Assembly (NCBI GenBank): GCA_964035575.1
Contig: OZ037833.1
Coordinates: 496,001-560,000, forward strand
Direction of reading: 5' to 3'
Source: Rhynchopus sp. YZ270_cl-10
Lineage: Eukaryota
Length of the DNA: 64,000 bases
The notes beneath the pieces are model-generated. The model was given only the letters and a program-made list of their open reading frames with translations. It was not told where the DNA came from and ran no database searches. A program made the position numbers and the translations under genes. This document shows positions 43,865-54,686 of the stretch, piece after piece. Within the stretch, counting starts at the first letter, position 1. The number at the start of each line of letters is the position of its first letter.

Positions 43865-46800
43865 ACAAGTAAAACGGACGTCACGGAAATGAAAAAAAAA
43901 AAAAAAAAAAAAATGCTCGACCCACTGCCGCGTTGCCGTGAAAAATAAAAAAAAACGGCCGTGAAAAAAAAGCGCCTTTCTTATGTACAAAAATTTCACG
44001 GCCGTTAAAAAAAAACAACGGCCGTAAAATTTTTGTACAAGTCTTTGAAGGAACACACAGTGAAGTACGAGAAAAGGCGCCACTCAAGAACCATCCCACC
44101 TGATTTTTACCCCGCGGATAGGAATGTACAGACCAAACCCCACCCAGAAAAGGAGGGTAGGGCAGGAGAGGACCGGTTAAGTGATATCGCACAAAAAACT
44201 GCGCTGGGTACTGGGTGCTCCTTGTAGGGTCTTGTTGCCTTTTGGCACATGTATTGTGTCCACGGTGTGTTGTGTTCACTGCTCTGAAGGTGCTGGCTCT
44301 CATCTACCTGATGGGGTAAGTGACACAGCATCTGACCCGCCATCTGTAATCTTCTGGTTTCAACACTGTCTTTCAGTTCTGCATACTGAATTCGCAGCGT
44401 CCCGAGCGTCTCATAACCTCTTATTACTCTTTGCCCGAGAAGGATGTGTGTGGACTCACTCAACCCCGTTCATCACTCTTGTGCCAAAGAAAACATCGGG
44501 CAAACAGTACAAGTTCACGGGAGCAAAAGGGTGGACCTCCCTCTGCACGTATCTCGCCAACGTAGCGAAGAAGATCCAGAGGTGTGCAAAACGTGATGCG
44601 GTCTATTTTCCGACAAAAAAGACGGCCACACATTTTTCAGATTTTCTTCACGGCCGTCACCTCCCCTACCGACCCTCCCCCGTGAAATTGTCCCCCCCTC
44701 CGACCCCCTTGAAATTGTCCCCCCTGGGGGAAAAAGTGAGGGGGGGACAATATCACGTACGGCAAAAAGGGGGGACAATTTCTCGTACTGTAGGGGGGTG
44801 GCCGTTTTGGTGTGAAGAAGGGAGAGCAAAGGTTGTCCCCGCGACTCCCTTGAAATTGTCCCCCCCTGCCTTGAAATTGTCCGTCGGGGCAAAATACCGG
44901 TTTTTTGGGGGGGGGGGGCAATTTCACGAGGGAGGGTCGGTACAAAAAAAAAAAAAAAATTCCCGTCGTGACCGCCGTTATACTTCTTAGAATCTATGAA
45001 AAACAAAAACAAAGTGAAGTTATTAATGCAGGCACCTCCGACTGACCCACGTACGATGCCAGCCATCCGGATGAAAGCACAAGTACCCTGCGGCCAACAA
45101 CAGAAGATGTAAAAAGGAAACCTAATGACTGGCCCGTACCGTAAGAGAACGAGGGCGGTACACAACCGCTCGACAGCCGGCGGCCCACCTTTCGTTGAAA
45201 GAGTTGTGAGCTTACAGGTACTGCAGTTCGCTGCACCCAACGCTTGATGCACGATAGTCTACACAAGAGAGCAGAAACCCAAAAACACAAAAAGGGGTGG
45301 GCGGGGGGGTCACAACATCTCTCTCTTGGCGCCCCATGCTGTACCGACAGTTGGGCCTCACCCTTTCTCTTAGGGATATACATGGACGTCCTTACAGGCA
45401 GCACACCGTAACCCAAAGGCGTGGCAGAGAGACTCCGTAGAGCGACTCTGGCCTGACCGCTGGCCATTTATGCTCCGGGTGCGAGCACCCATCATAGCAT
45501 AGGGGGGCCAGCCTGACCCAGCATTTATATACCCTGCCAGGGTGAACTTGCATAAAAGAGGGCAGGGGCGTTTAGACCCTGAGGACTAGGGGAAGTCCCG
45601 CATACCCCAACAGAAAGACAAAGGCTATGCACTGGTGATATAGGAGAGGCAGGGTTGCTGAAAAACAAAAAGACCCTGAAGGCACAAAAACAAATAAAGT
45701 ATTTTCATCATATGGGTGAATTTTTTTTGCCCCCCCACGTTTCAAACCGCGAAACATTTTTTTTTGGCAAAGACAATCAATAAATTGATAGTATATGGTG
45801 AGGGATCAACAAAAATGGTCCCATCTTTCTTTTTATGGTGTGACAAGGATATCTCTAAATCCGACCCTTTTTGGCCAAATTCCGAAATCCAAATCCAAAA
45901 AATTCCCTGTTTTTTTGATACAGTTTTTGGGCTGTTTTTTGACTTTTTTGCGGGGAAAAAAAAAAAATTCCCCCACAAAACTTTTTCGACATGTTGACAG
46001 GGATCTTGCCAATCACCCCTTTTGGCCAAAACGGGGTGATTTGGGGTCCCGAGCTTTCCCCCCGTAAAAGCGGTAGCTGCGCATGCGTCGCGCGCGCGAC
46101 TCCCTGCCAGTGCAGGGAGGTGAGGCTTCTTCCTCTGATGCACAAAATCGTAGAAGGCTGGTGGGGAGAGTGAACCACGATCCATCGTGGGTGTCAGCCT
46201 TATCAGTAACCTCAGTACATTTATGTAAGAAAAGGTAGTCAAGGCACCCAAAGGTTACTGGCGAAGCTACGGTACGCAACATTTCTAAAAAATGTTGACA
46301 TAAAATGGCACTGTCGTTGGTAATTATCATCAGGAAAATGCCCACGCGGGAAATCGGCGCCTCAATAAATTATTGCCATCAATTTTGCTTCCCTATTTTG
46401 CTAAAGCGACAGATTCTGGCGAGGCCACGGTACGCAACATTTGAGATCTCCTCCGTCTTCCAACCCTCATAATTGAATGCGATTGACACGTCTTCTCCTT
46501 CTTCTTGTGCACAACCTCAAATGTCTCTGATGCTGGACGTTTGACTGCAACTGACGCGAACATCTGCACCCACAACAACTACAGCAACTGTCTGCAGGAC
46601 CAATTTTTCCCTCGAAAATCCGAGATTTTTATTTTCCCCCCCCTCACTTTTTTCGCTTATTTGATCGCGTTGATCGATCGCATCCCACAGGCGAAACTCT
46701 CTGGGGGTGGGGTGGGGTAGAATGTACCTGAAATTGCTGTAGGGAAAAACAGGGAATTTTTTTCAGGGAATTTTTTTATTTTCCTGAAATCAATATCCAA

Positions 46801-47500
46801 ATCCACAATTAGAAAAATCCCTGGGTGTGACAAATAAAAACAGGGAAATAGCTCCATATACCGAATTATGCGACATCGCATAATTCTGGATTTTTGGGAA
46901 AAAAAAAAAAAAAGAGGGGCCTTTTGGGCACTTTTGGGCCCCCGCCCGCGGACCCCCAGATCTCCCAGATGACTGGAATGATGGAACCTTAAAATTTTCG
47001 CTCGCTGCGCTTGCAGATGTGCCGTACCCCTTATTTTTTTTTTTGCCTGCGGCGCCATTTTCCTTTTTTGCTCCGCAAAAAAGGGTTTGTTGAGTGACTG
47101 TGTGGTTGTAAACCAGCATTTTTACGTCGTACCCTATTTTTTTTTCGCCTGCGGCGCCATTTGTGTTTTTCCATACGGTTAGTGGAACGTAAGGTGCAAG
47201 ACCAAGCTCCGTAATAAGGGATTACATTCCATTTTTGGTTATCTCGCTAATTGACCTTTCGCCTCTCCACTCAGGGAGGCTTGCGCGAAGCGCAACGACC
47301 GCTTTCGACCGGGCGGAAAAAAATTTCGTTTTCGCATAATTCCTGATTTTGGAGGAAAACCAAGCTATTTCCCTGAATAAAAAAAAAAAAAAAAAGTCAT
47401 TGAGGCATGAATGCACCTTGCTGTCGAATACACACTATTCGGAAGTGTTTGACACCCCCCGACAGTATTATGATTGATGACAAAAGACACAAGAGTAGGC

Positions 47501-48991
47501 CTAAACATCGTCCGTTTGCAACAACCCTCTGTTCAGAAGGCGCGCCCTCTTCGAGAAATGCAAGTATGCGAGGGCAATGACTCCCACTGCCAGCGCAATA
47601 GAAACAGACAGCAAAACGTACACGAGTGTGTTGTTGGATGATGACCCTCCTGGAGATGGAGTGGGAGGTGAAGAAGTGCTAGGTGTGGTAGGTGCAGGGG
47701 TGTCCACGTCGCTTACATCAGGGAAGGCAATATGCATCATCAAATTTATGCACTTGTTAGCCCCTGTCAGTGCACAGTTCGACATTATCCAGCAGCGGTG
47801 CGGGCCGCCCGCCGCAACACCTTCATTAGTGCACGCCCACTCCTCAACAGGGCCGACAAATCCACAGTCACGCACATTCGACACACACGTGTGCATCTCA
47901 CGTTTCAGCTCTTCAATTGCGGGTTTGCCCAGAGAACAGTACACAGAGTGGATACCTGCACACAGTGCCTGGTTACTCTGGCACTCGAACTCGTAACCAC
48001 CATACTTGCACATGGTATCAGGTGTGTTGCACAAAGCATCATAACTTTTGTAACAGAGTTCGTCTTGGCTGATGCCAACAGGAATGAGCTCCAACGGGAC
48101 AAAGTTGTAGTTCCCACAGTCGTTGACCACTGCAAGAATACACTGCAGCTGCTGCAGACACTCAGCAACGTTGCGCTCGTCACAGAACGTGTCATCCCCT
48201 TCGAAGCACAGCTTGCTGCCTTCATTGATGCACCCAGGGTTCGGAGCGTGGTTCAGAAACGGGACTTCAAAGTTTGAGTAGTACGGGAACAAGTTCTGCT
48301 GCACACCACAGGTGTACGTGACACCCATGGCACAGGAAACTGCTGCCATTTGATCAAGACCTCCACCATGCGCTGCCTTTCGGATGTAACGAATGGCGTC
48401 TGACCAGGACATATGTTCGCAGTAGTTTTCTGCTGTGAACTCTGAGCAATGGTTGAACTCCTTGACTGGGTAGAATTCCATTTCCTCTCTTGTCTTGAAG
48501 TGCTCGACGGGCCAGATCTCACTCTCGAGGCATACGTTCATAGCGGTCATGATGCACTTTATCTGGTCAAGACAGTCGATTGGGTTGGTGCAGAAGCCAC
48601 CCTCAGCATCCCATGGACACTTCTCGATACGGTTGTACAGGCAGTCGTAAGCAACAGACGACTTCTCTGGTGTCTTCAACCCGGGCAGGTCGAACACATG
48701 CAGGTTCTTCGACACTGTGTGCTGCTGCAGGCACACAAGCCCATCCCGCATCACGACTGACCCCTTCTTCAGACAGGGCGGGTCCAGCAAGGTGCCGCCG
48801 CAGTTCCAATCAGGTTTCGTTGTGTCCAGGCCTGCGTCCTTCATCGCCTGGTCCATGCACTGTGCAAAGACAAAGTCGTCATTCGTCTGTGGTGTCTTAG
48901 TAAAGTTCGCTACTCCTGCAACAGCACACAGCGCAACTACCGATGAGAGCATTGTTTGCACCCTTCGTTTGTGATTACCTGTAGGACGCAT
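47501..48991 (-). CDS. Cys-rich type I membrane protein, single unit (paralog C1); start may be ATG 48952
   Basis: 496-aa ORF nearly identical to one unit of 29575..33624 with the same N- and C-termini and flanks. Confidence 0.9.
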   Translation of the reverse strand: MRPTGNHKRRVQTMLSSVVALCAVAGVANFTKTPQTNDDFVFAQCMDQAMKDAGLDTTKPDWNCGGTLLDPPCLKKGSVVMRDGLVCLQQHTVSKNLHVFDLPGLKTPEKSSVAYDCLYNRIEKCPWDAEGGFCTNPIDCLDQIKCIMTAMNVCLESEIWPVEHFKTREEMEFYPVKEFNHCSEFTAENYCEHMSWSDAIRYIRKAAHGGGLDQMAAVSCAMGVTYTCGVQQNLFPYYSNFEVPFLNHAPNPGCINEGSKLCFEGDDTFCDERNVAECLQQLQCILAVVNDCGNYNFVPLELIPVGISQDELCYKSYDALCNTPDTMCKYGGYEFECQSNQALCAGIHSVYCSLGKPAIEELKREMHTCVSNVRDCGFVGPVEEWACTNEGVAAGGPHRCWIMSNCALTGANKCINLMMHIAFPDVSDVDTPAPTTPSTSSPPTPSPGGSSSNNTLVYVLLSVSIALAVGVIALAYLHFSKRARLLNRGLLQTDDV

Positions 48992-50107
48992 TTATAGTTG
49001 CAATAGTTTTATCAAAAGAGAAACAGTTTGACTTTCTTCTGATCCTTGAAATACAACAACCCTCTCGTGAACAGTATCCTTGGGTACAAAATACCATGCA
49101 GTCCTACATCCATTACGTTACTTCTGACATGCCCGACTCTCCCGCTTCCTCTCATCACAGATGAACGGGGATCATTGTGGACAGAAATTGGGACCACGAA
49201 TGGTTGGGTTGCGTGAACACCACCCACCAAGGTGTGGCATAATCGTAGCAGATTCGAAGGGTTGCTTGGGGTAAAGGATTGGTGGGTGGAATGTGGTTCT
49301 TTTTGCGTTCCTTCAAAAATTCAAAAAAGAATAGGGAATGCACAGCTGAATTGTCGTGCATTTTGACGCAAGTGAAAGGTGAAAACAATGAATGCAGACA
49401 ACCTCGTCTGGAGACTTTCCACCCCCTCCGCAAGAAGGGGGCGCACCCCTCAGACAACTGTTGTTTTTTTTTGCAGCAGAATTTTCTGCTGGATTGTCGC
49501 AAAAATATGTGTTCTCCTGAAAACGTGAAGGTGAGGTCACCTCACCCAAAAGAGAAAATAATGTAGAAAAGGAGCGCTTTGCCTATCAAACATGCAGCGA
49601 AGAAACAGATTGACAGGAAAAACAACGTATATTTTTAAAAGGAAGTGGGTAACACAAAAATTCTGAGTAAGACGAGATACGTCAGAAGCACAAAAAGTAG
49701 AAATGCAAAAAAACAAAACTTGGAATAGATACACATGCCTCTCGTACACAGGGAAGACATTATGAACCAACGAAGGCAACACAAATGTGTGCTTGCATCG
49801 TACAGAACGCGTCACGTCGCACCCGTTGGGAGTGCGCCACGTAAGCAGATTTACATACGAACAAACACAAATGATGAATGGGGGAAATCAGTGAGGGGGA
49901 AAAGAAAGAAAGCCGCCCACAAAGAGAAACCATACTACCGACCCCACGAGATTGCTACATCGAAGTGGGGCACAGAAGGTTGCTGTGCCAAATGATGCAG
50001 GTGGTGTCCTGTCATAGTTATCATAAGGTCTTTGCAAAACGGGGTCAACAATAGAGAAACAAAAATACAGTACAGTAGAATGTGGTAGTCACAGCACGTA
50101 ACACCGT

Positions 50108-53100
50108 CTACAGGTTCCACAGAAGCAGTGTGCCGTCGTGGCTTGCTGTAGCGAGGCGTGTGCTGTCAGGTGAGAACGCGAGACGCGGGAGCCCTGCACG
50201 CGTGTGCCCGTAAAGCTGGTGTGCCACACTCCCAGCCGCATGCCACACCGTCACCTCACCCTCCCCGACAGCAGCAAGCAGTGCCCCGTTTGGCGAGTGT
50301 CGAGCGTCAAACACAGTCTTCGTCTGCATCTCAAGCACAAGGCGCTCCGTCACCGCACCCTCGCCCACAGCCCCGCCATCCCACGTGCTCACACGCACCG
50401 TCCCGTTGTCCATCCCACGCAACAGCTCGTCGCCAGACGCAGAGAACGACAGTGCCGTCACACGAGCAGCGAGGGATGGCAGCTCCGCCACCTTGTCACC
50501 GTTCTGCACACGCCACACCGTCACAACCTCGTCCACCTCCGTGCCCCATGATGTGGCCAGCAGCGCCCCGTCTGCAGAGAACGCCACTTCGTGTGTGTGC
50601 TTGTGGATCACAGTCACCGGCTCCAACGACACAGATGACATGTTGTACACCCGTGTGTACACATCGCTGCCACCACCGCTCGCCACAAGGAAGCGTGCAT
50701 CTGGTGTGAAGCGCACACGGCGCACATGCACAGTCCCCACACTCATCTCCACCACCGTCGCCTCTAGTGCGCCCGTCACAGCATTGCACACAACAACACG
50801 ACCACCGGCACCACCCACAGCAACGCGTGCTCCGTCGCTCGAGAACGTCACGTCGTACGACGCAAAGTCCGCGCACGCCAGCTTCGCCACCTGCACCCCA
50901 GTCGTGCTGTCGTACACACGCACCCCGTCGTCGCTCCCTGTTGCAACACGGCTCCCGTCTGCAGAAAAAGCAACAGCCAGGAGGCGGCCAGACGGCACCA
51001 CACGCCAAGCGCACTCACGCGACGCCGTCGCCTCGCATGTGCTTTCCGGTGCATTTGTTGGAGGTGCAGGTGTTGGAGGTGCTGGCGTGGCAGGTGCGGA
51101 TGTTGGCTCTGCCGTTGGTTCTGCAGTTGGTTCTGCTGTGTCCGGTGCGGGTGTTGGTGGTGCAGGTGTCGGAGGGGCTGGCGTGGCAGGTGCTGGTGTT
51201 TGTGGTGCGGATGTTGGTTCTGCCGTTGGTTCTGCAGTTGGTTCTGCTGTGTCCGGTGCGGGTGTTGGTGGTGCTGGTGTTGGTGGTGCAGGTGTCGGAG
51301 GTGCTGGCGTGGCAGGTGCTGGTGTTTGTGGTGCGGATGTTGGCTCTGCCGTTGGTTCTGCAGTTGGTTCTGCTGTGTCCGGTGCGGGTGTTGGTGGTGC
51401 AGGTGTCGGAGGGGCTGGCGTGGCAGGTGCTGGTGTGGCAGGTGCGGATGTTGGCTCTGCCGTTGGTTCTGCAGTTGGTTCTGCTGTGTCCGGTGCGGGT
51501 GTTGGTGGTGCTGGTGTTGGTGGTGCAGGTGTCGGAGGGGCTGGCGTGGCAGGTGCTGGTGTGGCAGGTGCGGATGTTGGTTCTGCCGTTGGTTCTGCAG
51601 TTGGTTCTGCTGTGTCCGGTGCGGGTGTTGGTGGTGCTGGTGTTGGTGGTGCAGGTGTCGGAGGGGCTGGCGTGGCAGGTGCTGGTGTGGCAGGTGCGGA
51701 TGTTGGCTCTGCCGTTGGTTCTGCAGTTGGTTCTGCTGTGTCCGGTGCGGGTGTTGGTGGTGCAGGTGTCGGAGGGGCTGGCGTGGCAGGTGCTGGTGTG
51801 GCAGGTGCGGATGTTGGCTCTGCCGTTGGTTCTGCAGTTGGTTCTGCTGTGTCCGGTGCGGGTGTTGGTGGTGCTGGTGTTGGTGGTGCAGGTGTCGGAG
51901 GGGCTGGCGTGGCAGGTGCTGGTGTGGCAGGTGCGGATGTTGGTTCTGCCGTTGGTTCTGCAGTTGGTTCTGCTGTGTCCGGTGCGGGTGTTGGTGGTGC
52001 TGGTGTTGGTGGTGCAGGTGTCGGAGGGGCTGGCGTGGCAGGTGCTGGTGTGGCAGGTGCGGATGTTGGCTCTGCCGTTGGTTCTGCAGTTGGTTCTGCA
52101 GTTGGTTCTGCTGTGTCCGGTGCGGGTGTTGGTGGTGCTGGTGTTGGTGGTGCAGGTGTCGGAGGTGCTGGCGTGGCAGGTGCTGGTGTTTGTGGTGCGG
52201 ATGTTGGCTCTGCCGTTGGTTCTGCAGTTGGTTCTGCTGTGTCCGGTGCGGGTGTTGGTGGTGCAGGTGTCGGAGGGGCTGGCGTGGCAGGTGCTGGTGT
52301 GGCAGGTGCGGATGTTGGCTCTGCCGTTGGTTCTGCAGTTGGTTCTGCTGTGTCCGGTGCGGGTGTTGGTGGTGCAGGTGTCGGAGGGGCTGGCGTGGCA
52401 GGTGCTGGTGTGGCAGGTGCGGATGTTGGTTCTGCCGTTGGTTCTGCAGATGGTTCTGCTGTGTCCGGTGCGGGTGTTGGTGGTGCTGGTGTTGGTGGTG
52501 CAGGTGTCGGAGGGGCTGGCGTGGCAGGTGCTGGTGTGGCAGGTGCGGATGTTGGTTCTGCCGTTGGTTCTGCAGTTGGTTCTGCTGTGTCCGGTGCGGG
52601 TGTTGGTGGTGCTGGTGTTGGTGGTGCAGGTGTCGGAGGGGCTGGCGTGGCAGGTGCTGGTGTGGCAGGTGCGGATGTTGGTTCTGCCGTTGGTTCTGCA
52701 GTTGGTTCTGCTGTGTCCGGTGCGGGTGTTGGTGGTGCTGGTGTGGGTGGTGAATTTGTCGGTGGTGAACTGGTCACGTGGGTGGGATATGGTGTATCAG
52801 GCCCTGTGCAACTTCCGTAGTTCGATCCCTCCTGCCAATTTCCCATACTATCACAGACAATGGATCCTCTACCAACCAAACTCGATGCCAGACAACTAAA
52901 CTCGCACTCTGTGCCAACAGCTGTGAACCGTGTGCACGGAGGCAACAAACCGTAAACTTGACCAGAAATGTCATCGTTGTTCGAAAGACGGTAGTCTGGC
53001 AGTGCGCAGGTCTGTGCCACACATGAGAACGATGTGGACCAGTCGGCAGAGGTGCTGTCCATCGGGTCCTCCTCACACACAAGGTCACCCACAGGCAGGT

Positions 53101-53848
53101 AGCCGTCCTCGCACTGCACGTTGCAGAGCGTCCCTGCAGTAATGTCGTGCACTGCCCCGTTGCACTGCAGCAGCGAGTCCGGCACCACGTGTGCGGGCAC
53201 GTCGGGCTGCGTTGTGCACATAGCACTCCCCACAGCGACACTCAGCGGCAGGAAGAACTGGCGTGAATCATCCATCGAGCACGGGTCGTGCAGGTCGTCC
53301 CCGAAGCCCGCTCGCAAGTCCTCCTCATGGCCCGACGTGTACACCTCGTACACGCCCGACACGGGCAGGGTCACTGCCACAGAGTACCACGCGGTGATCG
53401 TCGCAACCTCCCGCTGCTCCGTTAGGCATGTGTGCGGTGTCTCGGACCCGGTGCGCCCGACTGCGTACAGCTCGACGCTGCCTGCGTCGTAGCAGGTCAG
53501 GGTGCTGTCTGCGGGGTATGCATTCGAAGGGATGTTTGCCGCAATCGTGTCTGCGAGATCTGACACCGTCAGCCCTGCAGACGACACGGGTGTGTCAAGC
53601 TCATGCTTCTGTGTGAACTTCTCCACCGTCCGCACAGCGGTGGTTGCACGAAGGATTACACTTGCAGATATTGTGTTTCCAACCCTGGGATCATCATCGA
53701 AATCGCCATCCCCCGCATGTGTCGCAATCCACAGCCGCACCGTGCCCGGCTCCGACACAGCTGTGGACGAGCACACCCCCACATTGATTGCCTCCACACA
53801 GCACGCAAACAACACTGCTGCGCACAGCTGCAGGACTGGCAGCTTCAT
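50108..53848 (-). CDS. Secreted Cys-module/mucin/WD40 protein with expanded TPAP/TAEP stalk (paralog W2)
   Basis: Paralog of 25622..28069; ~1.7 kb of mostly 105/120-bp tandem units (51050-52750) encoding PTPAP/DTAEPTAEP. Confidence 0.88.
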   Translation of the reverse strand: MKLPVLQLCAAVLFACCVEAINVGVCSSTAVSEPGTVRLWIATHAGDGDFDDDPRVGNTISASVILRATTAVRTVEKFTQKHELDTPVSSAGLTVSDLADTIAANIPSNAYPADSTLTCYDAGSVELYAVGRTGSETPHTCLTEQREVATITAWYSVAVTLPVSGVYEVYTSGHEEDLRAGFGDDLHDPCSMDDSRQFFLPLSVAVGSAMCTTQPDVPAHVVPDSLLQCNGAVHDITAGTLCNVQCEDGYLPVGDLVCEEDPMDSTSADWSTSFSCVAQTCALPDYRLSNNDDISGQVYGLLPPCTRFTAVGTECEFSCLASSLVGRGSIVCDSMGNWQEGSNYGSCTGPDTPYPTHVTSSPPTNSPPTPAPPTPAPDTAEPTAEPTAEPTSAPATPAPATPAPPTPAPPTPAPPTPAPDTAEPTAEPTAEPTSAPATPAPATPAPPTPAPPTPAPPTPAPDTAEPSAEPTAEPTSAPATPAPATPAPPTPAPPTPAPDTAEPTAEPTAEPTSAPATPAPATPAPPTPAPPTPAPDTAEPTAEPTAEPTSAPQTPAPATPAPPTPAPPTPAPPTPAPDTAEPTAEPTAEPTAEPTSAPATPAPATPAPPTPAPPTPAPPTPAPDTAEPTAEPTAEPTSAPATPAPATPAPPTPAPPTPAPPTPAPDTAEPTAEPTAEPTSAPATPAPATPAPPTPAPPTPAPDTAEPTAEPTAEPTSAPATPAPATPAPPTPAPPTPAPPTPAPDTAEPTAEPTAEPTSAPATPAPATPAPPTPAPPTPAPPTPAPDTAEPTAEPTAEPTSAPATPAPATPAPPTPAPPTPAPDTAEPTAEPTAEPTSAPQTPAPATPAPPTPAPPTPAPPTPAPDTAEPTAEPTAEPTSAPQTPAPATPAPPTPAPPTPAPDTAEPTAEPTAEPTSAPATPAPPTPAPPTNAPESTCEATASRECAWRVVPSGRLLAVAFSADGSRVATGSDDGVRVYDSTTGVQVAKLACADFASYDVTFSSDGARVAVGGAGGRVVVCNAVTGALEATVVEMSVGTVHVRRVRFTPDARFLVASGGGSDVYTRVYNMSSVSLEPVTVIHKHTHEVAFSADGALLATSWGTEVDEVVTVWRVQNGDKVAELPSLAARVTALSFSASGDELLRGMDNGTVRVSTWDGGAVGEGAVTERLVLEMQTKTVFDARHSPNGALLAAVGEGEVTVWHAAGSVAHQLYGHTRAGLPRLAFSPDSTRLATASHDGTLLLWNL

Positions 53849-54359
53849 GTTCGGTTGCCGAATAAAATATAATCTGTGTGATAGTTTGAAGGTCGGGATA
53901 ATAAGGGGGACTGTCAGAGAGAAGTGAAGCAGATGTGCAGACACTCTTGCTCATTCGTTCCTGAAGTACGGACGAAGGATGGATGCGATCAGCAAACGAC
54001 AAACAACACATAAACGGAGAAAGGAGACATTTGCAGGGGTGCCGTTTGGCTAGGGAAGGCCCATTATTCCAATCCATGTTACAATGCACGGCGGGGTCCA
54101 CACACCCGAGGGTCCGTAAATTTTACGGACCCTCTTTACGGACCCTCAAGTGCGGACCCGGGTCCGTAATTACGTACCCTAGGGTCCGTAATTACGGACC
54201 CTAGGGTACGTAATTACGTGGTCTAAGGTGGGAAATCACTGTTTGGATGTGTGACTGCTGGTCGAAAAGCCCTGGGAGCAAACCGAGTGGTACACAGGTA
54301 CCACATGATAGACCATGATCATGTGGGCCTATCCCAAGTTACATACCGAAAAAAGTCGT

Positions 54360-54686
54360 GAGCTCGGTTAGTTGTCAAAGATGTCTTCCACCATGCACTG
54401 AGGAGATAATGATCCAACAATTTACAAGAAAGATTACTTAACCTACTGCTGGAAATTGCCAGGTCGTAGTAACACACAAAGTGTGCCTCCGTTCGGGAAG
54501 ACCGGATATTCTAGAGACCAAAAAGGCCTCAAGAATATCTTCCGGTAGTCAAGGTATAACCGAATGAACGGCCCAAGACCCCCGTGGAGAAGTTAAATGT
54601 TGTAATGCTATCAAGTAGAAACTGCGAACACTGTCTTACCCTCCTCAATACATGGTGGAATATTTCTTTGACAACAAACCGAGCTC
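54360..54686. mobile_element. ~330-bp inverted-repeat module (related copies 13840-14130 and 56645-56935)
   Basis: GAGCTCGGTTAGTTGTCAAAG..TTCCACCATGCACTGAGGAG / CTCCTCAATACATGGTGGAA..CTTTGACAACAAACCGAGCTC; central hairpin CCGGATATTC..GAATATCTTCCGG. Confidence 0.75.

Noticed and set aside
42963..44990. ORFs 42963..43502 and 44181..44990
   Set aside because: Lie within or across repeat elements, non-ATG starts, no recognisable domain; may hold gene scraps but unsupported.
50385..52899. Plus-strand 811, 710 and 517 aa ORFs
   Set aside because: Antisense shadows of the Pro/Thr/Ala repeat in W2.
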